A stretch of 64,000 bases of DNA from assembly GCA_977017575.1 (NCBI GenBank), contig CDRNVI010000030.1, forward strand, positions 434,001-498,000, written 5' to 3'. A model generated the notes under the pieces. It was not told where the DNA came from. It saw only the letters and a program-made list of their open reading frames with translations, and did no database searches. Both the position numbers and the translations under genes were made by a program. Origin of the DNA: Paramoeba atlantica (taxonomy: Eukaryota; Protista; Discosea). This document shows positions 40,853 to 52,439 of this stretch, in pieces; within the stretch, counting starts at the first letter, position 1; every line of letters starts with the position of its first letter.

Positions 40853-42001
40853 GTGAAGAATATTCTGGAAATATATTTATTAAGGGGCATAAAAAATCAA
40901 TTTCAAGAAGAGGGAAACGAAACATACGGAAATCAAACGGAAACCACAACCGGCGCCGGCACTACCAGTCATGTCCGAAGTACTCAGTACAAGCAACCTT
41001 CCACGAGCAACAGGGCTGTTACAGGGATAGTAACAAGATCAAGAGCAAAGAACTTACTGGAGATCGAAGACCTCTTCCTCGACCGCGTGGAAGGCAACAG
41101 AGAAACAAGAGCCGCGATTCCTACAGTCGACGTTCAACAAATGATCGTTCTAGGCCAGGATCGTCTATTAGAAGAGAAATCCAACTCGCGCTGGAATCAC
41201 CTTTCCAGCGTGTACAAACAGTATACAGTTTGGAAGGAAAATCTCGGAAACGACGTTCCAAGCGAAGATTGGTGCATAATATGCTTCTTGGAGTCGAAAA
41301 TGAGACTAATCAATCCGCAAACTCAACGGGGTACCATCAGCATCCAAACCGCACATACGTATGCAAAGAGTCTGATACAAATCATATTCCGATCTGGGGG
41401 TCAATTGCAAAAGTCGACAGTAACAGCCTATATGCGATCCCTTCAGCGTCAAGGGGCTCAAATGCCGGAGCATCAGGCGCCCCCGGCTACACGCGAACAA
41501 GTATTGGAGGCGTGCGAATGGCTGCTTCCGGACGAAGCCGCGGGCCTGACCTTGGCGTGGAAGACATGCAGCAGAATAGACGATGTCAAACATCTGAGGA
41601 AATTAGATTTACAAGTGGTAGATCTCGAGCGGAGAATACTGGGAGTAACGTTTCCGACTCACAAAGGGGATCCCTTCAGAGTAGGGACTGCTATTCCAAT
41701 GACTTGCAACTTGACGGAGTGGAAAATCTTCATGGACCAATTGGACAAGCTGAAGCCAGAAGACAAGTTCACGACTTTATCGACGCTGAGAGCCAATGCC
41801 GTGCTGAAGCGGGTGAAAGTAGAGTTGTCGGCACATTCTGTAAAAAGAGGGGCTCTAGTATCACTCCTCAGAGAGGGAGTTCCACTGTCGGTAATACAGC
41901 TGTTGGCCAAGCACAAAGATCTGGAGACATTGTGGATATATCTCCCTCGACTGGAAGTGGCCTTGTCCCTAGGGCTACAGGACGCGACAAAATTACTGTG
42001 A
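40853..42001 (+). CDS. YR2 tyrosine recombinase
   Basis: WKTCSR, HKGD, HSVKRG, AKH..LWIY; start uncertain. Confidence 0.9.
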   Translation: MKNILEIYLLRGIKNQFQEEGNETYGNQTETTTGAGTTSHVRSTQYKQPSTSNRAVTGIVTRSRAKNLLEIEDLFLDRVEGNRETRAAIPTVDVQQMIVLGQDRLLEEKSNSRWNHLSSVYKQYTVWKENLGNDVPSEDWCIICFLESKMRLINPQTQRGTISIQTAHTYAKSLIQIIFRSGGQLQKSTVTAYMRSLQRQGAQMPEHQAPPATREQVLEACEWLLPDEAAGLTLAWKTCSRIDDVKHLRKLDLQVVDLERRILGVTFPTHKGDPFRVGTAIPMTCNLTEWKIFMDQLDKLKPEDKFTTLSTLRANAVLKRVKVELSAHSVKRGALVSLLREGVPLSVIQLLAKHKDLETLWIYLPRLEVALSLGLQDATKLL

Positions 42002-43755
42002 ACCCAGAAAACACCAAAGGACATGACAAGAAAACTAAATCAGCGGTTTACATACTAAAACGTCAATTACAAGGTAGGTTCCCCTTGCACATCGGTAAGA
42101 TCACGCTAGACAGCGATAACATTATAGGCGAACCGAATCCCGAACCTATCTACGTGCATAATTCAACGGACATTGCTAACATTGCAACGAAGAAAATTGA
42201 AGACACAAACAATCAGTCTATGTCTCGCGGGCAGCTCACCCGACCACCGAGCGTGCGAGCGTACAAAAATCAGGGAATAATAGCTCCTATCACAACCACA
42301 AGACTGTCATATTCTATACTGAACAATATGAATGACGATGGCAGCCTAAACTTTTTACATCTACTACAGAACGTCAACGCCTTTCACGCGCACATGCTGC
42401 GTGCACCTAAAGGCAATCGACCAGTGTCTCGATTTATGAGACATCATTTACCAGACTTATTACGCATGGGGGTTGTAGAGAAGACCGAAGGACCGATAGT
42501 AGTACATCGTACCTTTACAGTTCCGAAGAAAGACTCCACACTTCGTCTAATCTGCGATTGTAGGAAACTCAACCGAGTTTTCGAATGCCCCCCCGCAATG
42601 CACCTACCATCCATACATAACGTGATTGAAAATCTGCTAGATTCGGAATGGATGGCTCACGCGGACGCACGGAGTTACTTTTACCAATTCTCCCTCGCTC
42701 CCGAGATCCGATCCTACTTTGGAGCGGTTTTAGGTCACGCTAGAGGAGAAACATGCAGTATTCAATTTTCTTCCATGCCCATGGGATGGTCATGGGCCCC
42801 GGCTATTGCACGGCGAGTTTCAAATCGCATTGTCCGGGACATTGGATTGGCCTGGGTAGACAATTTTCTTTTGTTCGGAAAATCCAAGTCAGAAGTAGAA
42901 AACCATGCAAAAGAATTTCGCGCCCGAGTCCACGCAGTTCAACTAGAAGTAGATGATCTCACCATGAAGCCACTACAGCAAGCGTGCGTACTTGGTATTG
43001 AATTTGATCTAAAAAATAAGAAGTACCGCATGTCAGAAAAGTGGACTGAAAAGGCGTATTCAAGATACAATGACATAATCGGGAATGGGACGTGGACAGC
43101 TGTGGAACTGTATACGCTTTCTGGTTTACTAATGTGGAGGGCCACGGTTATGAAAATCCCACTATGCACTTTTGCACACCTTCTTCAAACACTAGGAAAA
43201 GTTGCCAGAAAAGTGCACGACGAAAAGTCTTGGGAGATCTCCTTCTCTCCGACCGACCACCTGTTAGGCGAACTGACTGATGCATTTTCCGCACTCAAGC
43301 GAAATGTTTGGTTAAAAAAGATAGGTCATATACCCAAAGAAGAAAAGGTGGAAGTTTGGACTGATGCCAGTTCAATCGCATGGGCTATTCTGTTGTTCAA
43401 TCAAGGCATTCTCGAAACTGCAAAACAGGGCATGACAAAGCCCGGAGCCCATATATTCTACTCAGAGCTGAGTGCGGCTCTTGGTGGAATTATGGCAGCA
43501 GTCAGAAAAGGACATCGGGACATTCTATTGAACGTCGACAACGCGCCTGTGGCCATGGCCCTCCAGAGGCGGGCAAGCACTAACTTCACTGCCAATAGGT
43601 GGATGCAGTACATCCCATCAAACACTAACCTGGAAGTAAAGTGGGTACCTACCAACGCCCAAATAGCAGATCCCTTCACGAGAAAATCCAGCGCTGAAGA
43701 CTTGACACCACTGCCCTCCATCGGTACTTATATTGAGAGCCTACGGCGCCCGTAG
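41230..43755 (+). CDS. YR2 reverse transcriptase-RNase H
   Basis: LRLICDCR, DARSYFYQ, MPMGW, WVDN, WTDAS, YSELSAA, VDNAPV, NAQIADPFTR; start uncertain. Confidence 0.9.
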   Translation: MEGKSRKRRSKRRLVHNMLLGVENETNQSANSTGYHQHPNRTYVCKESDTNHIPIWGSIAKVDSNSLYAIPSASRGSNAGASGAPGYTRTSIGGVRMAASGRSRGPDLGVEDMQQNRRCQTSEEIRFTSGRSRAENTGSNVSDSQRGSLQSRDCYSNDLQLDGVENLHGPIGQAEARRQVHDFIDAESQCRAEAGESRVVGTFCKKRGSSITPQRGSSTVGNTAVGQAQRSGDIVDISPSTGSGLVPRATGRDKITVNPENTKGHDKKTKSAVYILKRQLQGRFPLHIGKITLDSDNIIGEPNPEPIYVHNSTDIANIATKKIEDTNNQSMSRGQLTRPPSVRAYKNQGIIAPITTTRLSYSILNNMNDDGSLNFLHLLQNVNAFHAHMLRAPKGNRPVSRFMRHHLPDLLRMGVVEKTEGPIVVHRTFTVPKKDSTLRLICDCRKLNRVFECPPAMHLPSIHNVIENLLDSEWMAHADARSYFYQFSLAPEIRSYFGAVLGHARGETCSIQFSSMPMGWSWAPAIARRVSNRIVRDIGLAWVDNFLLFGKSKSEVENHAKEFRARVHAVQLEVDDLTMKPLQQACVLGIEFDLKNKKYRMSEKWTEKAYSRYNDIIGNGTWTAVELYTLSGLLMWRATVMKIPLCTFAHLLQTLGKVARKVHDEKSWEISFSPTDHLLGELTDAFSALKRNVWLKKIGHIPKEEKVEVWTDASSIAWAILLFNQGILETAKQGMTKPGAHIFYSELSAALGGIMAAVRKGHRDILLNVDNAPVAMALQRRASTNFTANRWMQYIPSNTNLEVKWVPTNAQIADPFTRKSSAEDLTPLPSIGTYIESLRRP

Positions 43756-46572
43756 GGAATTCCGTATTTTCAAAGCAAACCATACTTAGCCCTCATCTAG
43801 TTTGCCCATTAGAAGAAAATAGAAGAACGTATAGCACATGGAATGAGTCTAATATTTAATGAGTTACACTTCTGTAAGAATTGAAGAGTTTAGTTTATCC
43901 TATTTTCTAAAACAGACGAAATTAAAATGTATGTCCCTATGTACGCTCCAAGAATCTTGATCGCTTTTTCTTCTGTCTTCACTCCGCACTGTTCCAGTTT
44001 TATAGGTATCTGTGCCCCAGATGCCCCCCCGAACCAAACACATTTGGATGAGGAAAGAACCAACTTTTTATCCTCGATCAATTCTTTGAAACGGAAAAAT
44101 GCTGATTCGAGTTGGGCTTTATTGGAAGAGCACAGATTCACATCGTCAATGTACGCGAAAATTTTGACTTCCGGGAATTCCATTGACATTGTCTCCAAGA
44201 TTTGTTGCATAAGAGTACAGAAGTAAAGGGTAGCCAACGGTGAGCCCTGTCGCACTCCAGCTGTGCTCGGTACTACTCCCGCAAGCTGCCCATCTGTTCC
44301 GTAATACAACAGTTCAGATTCCCTGGAGTACTCAGCATGAAAGAGGCGTTGGAAAGGTCTCATCGCTGAAAAGGCAAACACGGCTTTTGCGATGTCAATT
44401 CTGGATGGGGTGTTAAAGGCGTTCTTGAGATCGAGCGAAAGAATGCACTGTCCTTTTTCGTACTTGTTATGCAGTGTGTGCACAATCTTTTCGCACCCAG
44501 CACGGGAGAGTACCCCATGCTGTATGGGTTCAAATAATGGCGCTAGCGTGTTTTCATACCGCTGTAGGAGAGTTATTCCTGCAAGCTTTGTGATCACTTC
44601 ACCCATTGCTACCGGTCTGACTTCTGTTTCTGATTTGCTAATTGCGACGAGGCGTGATCGATTTAGTCGATTCATAACTCCATCATTCAAGAAACCGTTG
44701 ACAAGGTCTTCCACCATGATGACAAGACTGTTGCAGCAGATTTCGTCATCTAGTAGCAATCGTACTACTATGTCTGTGGTACCAGTCGGGCCTGGGTTAG
44801 CTCCTCTCGCCAATCGTCGTCCGGCGCTTCTAAGCTCTTCGGCATTTATCCCTGCAATGACAGGGGCATCAGTTGGCAGTGGGAAAGCGCAAGGATGCTG
44901 GGGATGTAAAGCTAAAAGTTTTTCTAGTGTCTCTTTGTCAGTCAATTTGCTCCGCTTAAAGCTTTGGCCCATTATCTTGGCGGCCCTCGTCACGCTTCCC
45001 TCAAGGGCTAATCGAGTGGCTCGTTTTATAGCACGTAAGTCGCCAGCTAACTGTTCGTCTTCTATTGCCTCATGTCCGGTAATTATAGGTTTGCGGCGCC
45101 GTTTTCTGACGTAGCTCTTTCGCGCCTCAGCCAAAGAGAATTTCATAGCCGACAATGCACGATGCCAGATTCTGTTTCTTTCAAGATAATCGCTTTGTTG
45201 ATACATTCTGATTATTTCACGATACACTGCAACCACCCTCGGCGCAAATTCTGCCGATATGGTTCGGCAGGTCGGAATGGGAAGATGGTCGGTGTCTTGC
45301 TCTGTCCATTGATTGCGTGAATTTTCATTCGATGCGAGGCTTGCCTCTTGATGGGGCTCGTTTGGATATCCGATTGGACTTTCGGAAGTGTTGCGGTCTT
45401 GCGATATCTTCCATCGTATCATGTAGACTCTAACATTTGCTTGTGGCGGTAAGAAACCTTGAAACGTGTGTCCCTGCTTGTGTCCAGCAATGCCAATGTA
45501 CTGCAGCGTGCTTTTCTTGCATCCTCCACGGGATCGTACTCCAATGACTGTGCCTTCGGATACATTTAGCGAAGTTTGGTTCTGAAAGCTCCAGGCAACC
45601 ATGCAGATATTTCCCGTCTTGGCTGATTTCATCGTTCCTAGAATAGCATCAAATGTTTGCGGAAAATGCAGTTGTGGATTGATAGTTTCCAGCATTTCTG
45701 TTACGACTTGATTGGTGTTATCCTGTTCTGATGTTGTCTGGTGTTGTGTTCTTTTGCCGGAGGGAGGTGATTCACAGTCATGAAAGGCCGCCGGGTTGTC
45801 TGAACAGTCTCCATCGTTTGTAGGGTTAAGTTCATCGATAGTTGGTGGAATAAAAGGAGGAGGATGCATGTTTTCGGAGGCCGATTGTGTAACAGCAGAG
45901 GGGCGTACGTTTTCTTGGATGGCATGCGCTTCGACCTGTTGGTTTCCTGCTTGAACCGTTGAAAGCTCATGTTGTGCTGTGCGAGTGTGGTGCGAAAGAG
46001 TCGACGGTATCGTTATTGTTTCTCCGTCTGTCATTTCAGCTGAGGATGGCGTGCGTGTGCTCATCGCAAGCGCTATACGTCGGTGGCATTCTCGCCTCTC
46101 TTCTCTGCGTCTGCGCCGATATTCAACTGGGCATTCAGTCATAATTTTTGCAGTTGGGTTCAGAGGTCGGGCTATAAGTTCATCGAGTGTCTCCTCGTGC
46201 TCCTCAGTTTGGTTCGCAGGCGTTTTCGAAATTACCTTTCGCGCTTGTTCTGCGTATGTTTGATTTTGTTTGATATTAGGAGATAATTGAGTGTCCGCCA
46301 TTTGATTGATTAATGCTTGAGCCTGATTTTGGGTTGGCTCTGGCATCTTTCCACTCCGCCTTTTGATTAGAATTGTGTCGCTCAAACAGGGTTTCTCATA
46401 AATCTCATGAACTGTGTCTCGAGGTGACGGTGGCCCGTCTTAACAAAAACAAAGGTCTTAACAAAAGCCCGTGGAGCGCATATATTATATACGCGCCGAT
46501 TACTATCAAATGTTCACATTCTAATAAACTAATATCCCTTTCTTTTCTTAAGAAGTATTTGAGATGACAAGC

Positions 46573-48000
46573 TTAAAAACTTGTCTCAGTGTATTGGTCG
46601 TGAGCTAGAAACTGGCGGAGTTGAGCGTGGAGGATACTTCCTGCCTGTTCCTGGTGGAGTAGCGTAAATGTTTCCATTACGCTGTGTCTCTCTAGCCCGC
46701 AACGGTCCGCAATAGCCCACAGGAGATTTCGAGTGGCGTTGTGCATGGAACCGCAGGACAGAACAGGGATACATTCAAAGCATTCCTTGTTTATCATGCC
46801 ACTGTCAACATAGCGTACACGCTTGCGCTTTATCGCTTCGTTCATGAGGAATGTCGTATTGTGTTTGATATTCGAGGGAGCCAGTTCGTGAACTACTGTG
46901 AGGTCGTAGTATTTCTCTCCTGAAGCCCATTGAATTGCGAGGTCGGGGCCCGTGCGACGCAGAGTACTTCCAACACATGTCCTGGCATGTTCCGTTTTGT
47001 TTTCAGGGTGGATCGTGGCTGCGCACGCAGAGCACTCATAGTAACTGAACTGACGAGGTTCACGTTCACACGGCAAGCCAGCTCGGAGGCATAGCTCGTA
47101 AAGGTAGCGAACAAGGGCATGATGCTTCGTAGTTACATTGTGTCCTGCACATTTGACGCATCCAGGTATGTGGGTTAGCGCTTCCGAGGAGCTTAGCAGC
47201 TTTTTGCATCCCGGGCATAGCAACGAGTTTGGCAGTTGTGGGTGGCTTATTTTTAGTCGTGACATGATGTTTAGCGTGTAGATGTGCGAAGGAATGATTT
47301 TGCGATTCCCGATAAGCCATTCATAGCTCCCTTTCTTGCTGCAAGCTTTAATCGTCGGAGCCCACTCCTTGTTTTTGAGAAGATTTGTCTGGATTTCTGT
47401 GGCTCTTTTGGTCTCCGTCACCACCTCGTCCTCAGGTGTCTTATGTGATTCCTCCAACGTCCCTGCAGGTGCTGGCGGTTCCATGCGCTGTGCCATCCGA
47501 GCTGAAAAGGATTTTTGATGCTCAAAAACGGCATGTCGCGATGAAGTGTACGCAGCGTTCCGCAAGGGTTCTGTTGCTGGAATACCCAATCCACCTTTCT
47601 TTAAAGGTAGTCTTGCTATCATTTCTTGCTCTGGACTCAGAGGTCCCAACCACGATGTGACGACATTCTTGATCTCGTAGTCAAATTTTTGCGCTAGCTC
47701 AAGTGAGGCCTCTGGTTTATGTACCCGTACGTGATAACGGTGCCGAACGTTTACGCTGCGCGATAGCAAAAGCAGGGACGCGTTGTTGGCACCCATCTTT
47801 TTAAGACGTCTGAATATCGTATGGTGTTTTTCCAGCGTTCGGATTAATTCGGATCCTATGCGCTGTTCCTCCCCAACGAATGCACCCAGTACTTTAATGA
47901 CTTCGCTCTCTGTACGCACACCTTCTTCTTTGAGTGTTGATGGAATGGGGGCGTCGCTTTTCCCTTCAAACCAGATGCATTTTTCGTTATTGAGTTGAAT
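46573..48000 (-). pseudogene. group-B CRE C-terminal half (post-RT, Zn, RLE)
   Basis: KCIWFEG..VLGAFVG..GPDLAIQW..YDLTVVH. Confidence 0.9.
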
Positions 48001-48285
48001 TCCTTTAGTGAGAAGTTTTTTTTTTACAAACCGTCACTTCGGTTATAGCGGGACATGCAACATATTGCAACATGAATCGTTTTGCCTTGGATTGGTTCTG
48101 GTCCTTTATAAAAAGTGTGTTCTTTATAAAAAGTGTGTTCTTTATAAAAAGTGTGTTCTTTATAAAATTTTGTTTAGTGTCACTGTCTGTGAACATTCAT
48201 CTCAGTTTCTTTTCATAGACTTTCAGTCGTCTAAACTTCAACTCTTATATCAATAGTCAACGCCTACCGAAAAACTCGCACGTGC

Positions 48286-49585
48286 CTAAAAAGCCGTATT
48301 GTCCACTTGAGTTGTGGCTATGTATTTGCGGAGTTGGGACATCACCACTGAACCGTTAAGTTCCTGTAGTCGAAGGGTGAAATCCTGTACTACGAAGTCC
48401 CGTTCGAGTCCACATGCATCAGCCAGGGTTGTGATAAGCGCTTTGGTGTTGCTGTGCATTGCACCGCCGGAGAGCATTGGTACACATTGGAATTGCTCAT
48501 TAGGAATAAGCTTAGACGCCACGTATTTGGAGACTTTGCGTTTTATGGCATCACGGAAAAGCTGAGCGGTGCTACGTCCAACATTTGATTGCGATAGCTC
48601 GTGGACGATGGTGAAATCGTAGTATACATCTCCGCTTGCCCAATGAATCACGATATCTGGGCCCGAATGATAAAAAGATCCGGATCCGCAGGTTCTTAGG
48701 TGATGGGATTTGCCGTCGCCATCCACGCTTGCTCCACATTTTGCGCAAGTATAGGTGGAGAACTGTCTGGGTTCCAGCTCACAGGGCAGACCTGATTTTA
48801 TGCATAATTCATAAATATTCCGAACCATCCTGTTGTGCTTTGCCGTTGCGTTATTGCCTGAACATTTGACGCACCCGGACACGTGCGTGAGCGCTGTACG
48901 GGGGGTAAGTAATGCATGGCACCCTGGACACTGTAAATTGGAGGGGAGGCTCGGATGTGCAATCCCAATGCGTGAGAAGCAGGGTTTGTAACCGGTGGTA
49001 TGATTAGATCTCGAGTTGATGTGATTTTAATTTTCAGACTGCTACTTTTTTGGCTTTCGGGCGATGGATGCGGATTCGCTGGCGCGATAGAATTGTGGGC
49101 GGGAGGGGGAGAGAGTGGACGCGGCAATGGTGGACGGGACGGCTGAGCCCGCGTCGCTGTGTGGATCGGCTCGTGCGGCCGAGGAACTGAGGACGATCGT
49201 GACGAATTTACCGCCGCGTATGCCTCGTGAGCTAAATTGGGGGAGAGTGGGCGAGGCAGTGGCGGAGTTGTTATCTGCGCCCGCGGCGATGTGTCGGACG
49301 GCGTGCGCAGCAGAGAAGGCAATCGCGGCAGCGGCGGAGGAGAAGTTCGTTGTGAGGGTGTCTTTCGTGGTGCTGAATGGGGTGGCTGTTGTTGTTGTGG
49401 CGGCGGCGGCGACGACGGTGGTGGGGGGGCACGGGTTTCCGATGGTTGTTCCTCCGGCTTTTTCTTTCGGCGTGTGGGCGGTAGCGGTTGGACAACGGGA
49501 GCTAATCCCGTTTCTTTCGCCCGGCTGCGGGTGAACATTCCCATCAGTAAGACTAAAAAAAAAAAAAACAACAACAACAACAAGG
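48286..49585 (-). pseudogene. chimera: 8-nt SL trace + MGMFTRSRAK Pro-rich ORF (ATG 49544) + group-B CRE 3' end (..VDNTAF*)
   Basis: CCTTGTTG at 49585-49578 followed by (TTG)n; out-of-frame junction near 48972. Confidence 0.75.
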
Positions 49586-49639
49586 ATCAGGATCCAAGCA
49601 TCATTGATCAGGATCCTCAGCATTGACGCCATGAAACTC

Positions 49640-50006
49640 CACCGAGTCCCTAGGTACGAACCTCAAACCATGGAGAGTGCAGCAGGTGATGCTGAAGAAG
49701 TTGACCACGGAGTTGATTTAGAACCGCTACCGCCTTTCGCACAAATTGACTCGGCTTTCTCTGTGCACGTAGTTACCATTTTTCGTTCCATCATCAAAGA
49801 CTATCCAAGACTAGAACTGACATCGGAGAAGGAAGCAGTCTGGCATAAATTTCTGAACGCGCCCCGCGATTCGCTACTCACAGTCCGGAAAGCTATACGT
49901 CGACGCGAAAGTGTACCACACTTACCAAAGAACGCGAAACCCGAAGCAGTGGACAATCTGACCGAAGAAGAACAGAAGGAACTCGAAATTGACCGGCGCT
50001 CAATCA
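49640..50006 (+). pseudogene. group-A CRE N-terminal helical fragment
   Basis: LEPLPPFAQIDSAFSVHVV..WHKFLNAPRDSL. Confidence 0.85.
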
Positions 50007-50065
50007 ATAATTCGATTACCTTCACAAGATCTATTAATGAAAATAATAAGATTCGTTCCTTTAGA

Positions 50066-50762
50066 TTTTTTTTTTTTGCAAATAATTGGGGGGAATAGTA
50101 TTGAGTCTAACTTTTTATGTATGGAGTCCAACTTTTCCACAATTTCCACACTTACGGCCCTTCACTTTCCCTTACTCCCCATACTTTCCACACCTACTCC
50201 TCTTAGCCCTCTCGTACTTCCCTTCCCTCACTCCCTACCCCACTCACCGATCCGCATGCACCCAGGCCCATATGGTCCTGCACCTCCGCTCCCACCCCGT
50301 TAGCAGTAATAAATACTTTTGGTTGCCGTACGAGGGTGGGAGACGTGGAGGCCACGAAACACAAAGACGTCGTCACGCCGAGGGAGAAGAGCGCGGAGAG
50401 AGACACGGGGCGACTGACGCAGGGGCGAGAGGAGGCGAAGCACGGGCCCATCTGCCAGGAACTCTGCCCCCACCCCGTGAGCAAGTATTGTATACTTTTG
50501 GCTGCTGACACGGGGGTGGGGGACGCGAGAGAGAAACACAACAGGGGGGCAAGCGCACTGCGGAGGGAGGGTGAGGTGGGGGGATGCGGCGCAGGGGGGT
50601 GATGGGACGAGACGGGGAAGGGGGATGCCGACAAAAAGGAGTGTATTTGAGGGGGGTGCCCTCCCATGGTCTGGAAGATGGTGTATGGAAGAAAAGGGGA
50701 AATAATTCAACAAGGTACAGAAACTGTATCTTTATCGTTAAAGATGTATCTTATCGTTAAAG
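50066..50762 (-). pseudogene. processed retrocopy of an unknown trans-spliced RNA: full SL, poly(A), 6-bp TSD TTTAGA
   Basis: SL at 50708-50745 plus a partial SL duplicate, poly(A) at 50066-50077, TSD at 50060-50065 and 50763-50768. The 154-aa ORF at 50203-50667 is unconvincing. Confidence 0.8.
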
Positions 50763-50768
50763 TTTAGA

Positions 50769-51315
50769 TTTTTTTTTTTTTTTTTTTTACGAAACTCCTC
50801 AAGAATCAGTGCAAGCAGTGATAATATTGCCTTCCTTTGCAATTTTTATTCTTTTTATATATTTTTGAGTGGGAATTCGCTATAGATATTATGTATATAA
50901 TAATACATTAATAGGCATTGAGAAACGAAACTATGTTGATACATTTGGCTCAAATGCTGTACCTGCTGCTGCCTTGCGGGGATAAGTGGTTCCGCAACTG
51001 GGCGTACACTTCCGTCCCATTCAGTTCCTGAAGTAGGAGCTTGAACTCCATTTCAGTTGCTCGACGATTTAAGAGTGCCGCGTCGGATAGGACATGCAAC
51101 AGAGATCTCGTATTTTGATGAAGAGAGCCGCAGGACAGCACTGGGATGCACTGAAATGCGAAGTCGGGAATTTTTCCGGATGTCACATATGTATCCCGTT
51201 TCCGCTTGATTGCATCTGTAAGAAGCTGGGAACAAGATTTCGCTTGATTGGAGTTCGATAGCTCGTGCACCACAGTTAGATCATAAAATATTTCCCCGGT
51301 TGACCAATATATCAT
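50769..51315 (-). pseudogene. group-B CRE 3' fragment with poly(A)
   Basis: IYWSTGEIFYDLTVVHEL..; A-run at 50769-50788. Confidence 0.85.
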
Positions 51316-51533
51316 TTTTTGATGACACTTGTCCCCTCGAAACCAGCAAAGCCTCAAAGTAAAAAAGAACAGTTCCCGGATCAATTATTGTATACGCGCC
51401 AATTGTTGTCAAACGTGATGAAGAATCAATGCAGAAGTAGCAGTATCTAATATATTCGAAAGGACCTAATATATTCGAAGGCAACTAATCAATACTTATT
51501 TGTACGGAGATATACGTGTGGTAGTGAACTCTT

Positions 51534-52420
51534 TTAGAGTCGTAAACTCCCAATCCACTTTTCATCGGTGATGTAATCTCGGAGTTGAGACACTACCGTG
51601 TAAGCCGATAGCTTTTCAAGTTCCAGCTGAAAAGCCTCACGCACGTTTTCATATTTTCGATTCGCGCGCTGAGCCAACGCCTTTAATAGTTGTTTTGTGT
51701 CGTTGTGCAACACACCACAATCTGAGGCGGCGATGCAACGAAATGCCTCACTGTCCACACCTTTCTCTGTCACATATTTCTTGAACTTCCTTTCCTGGGC
51801 TTGCTGCAGTAGGTAGTTGCTTGTTTGTTTCTTGTAACTGTTGCAGCAAGTGTGAACCACTGTGAAATCATAGAGGACTTCTCCCATATGGGGCCACATG
51901 ATAGCGAGGTCGGGGCCAGATCGAATCCTGCGCGCCTTACATGGATGTTGGTCAGAAACCTCCGCAGAAATAGAGCATTTACACTTTGTACAATAAAATG
52001 AGGAGTGAATTCGCGGTTCGATAACACACGGAAGTCCTGCCTTCGCGCACAAGTCAGCTAGATAGCGCACGATGTGAGAGTGTTTACGAGTGCAGTTCAT
52101 ACCTGAGCATCTCGAGCATCCTGCGATATGTGGAATAATACTAGAAGATGTTTCTGGACCACAGCATCCCGGGCATACGACGTTTATATATATCACCAAA
52201 TCAGGCCCTGAGCGAAACAGCTGACGTCCGGCACATGTTTTGTCATGAATCATTTTGTTGCTTGGAAACACTTTATTCTTGCAAATTCCGCATTGCCAAG
52301 TCGAAAAAGATCGCGGTTCTTTCTCACATTGTATACCGGCCTTTTGCGCCAAATCGAAGATATACTTAACCAGCCGATTGTGCTTCACTGTGGCATTAAG
52401 CCCTGTACATTGGACGCATC
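51534..52420 (-). pseudogene. in-frame chimera of group-B and group-A CRE Zn/RLE regions
   Basis: ..SGPDLVIY|INVVCPGCC..; both halves recognisable. Confidence 0.85.
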
Positions 52421-52439
52421 CGGGAACGCTCTAAATCCG

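Larger units (their letters stand above)
34210..43935 (+). mobile_element. YR retrotransposon YR2 (ORF1-YR-RT/RH), with YR1 inserted in its 5' UTR
   Basis: Boundaries are defined by the rejoining of the CRE host, with CCC at both junctions. CCGTATTTTCAAAGCA occurs at 34450 and 43762. Confidence 0.82.
30510..46385 (-). mobile_element. full-length group-B CRE split by nested insertions
   Basis: 46385-43936 ends KILGAYIG; 34209-33475 continues NNATMKEKL..YIHKM; 31031-30510 continues CLNAGIPC..*. About 1235 aa when rejoined. Confidence 0.88.

Noticed and set aside
35721-43755. Prophage or bacterial integrative element
   Set aside because: The recombinases are coupled to RT-RNaseH and gag-like ORFs with split direct repeats, i.e. 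DIRS-superfamily retrotransposons.
46400-46425. GAGACACAGTTCATG upstream of the 46385 ORF as an SL relic
   Set aside because: Several mismatches and lacks the invariant CCTTGTTG end.
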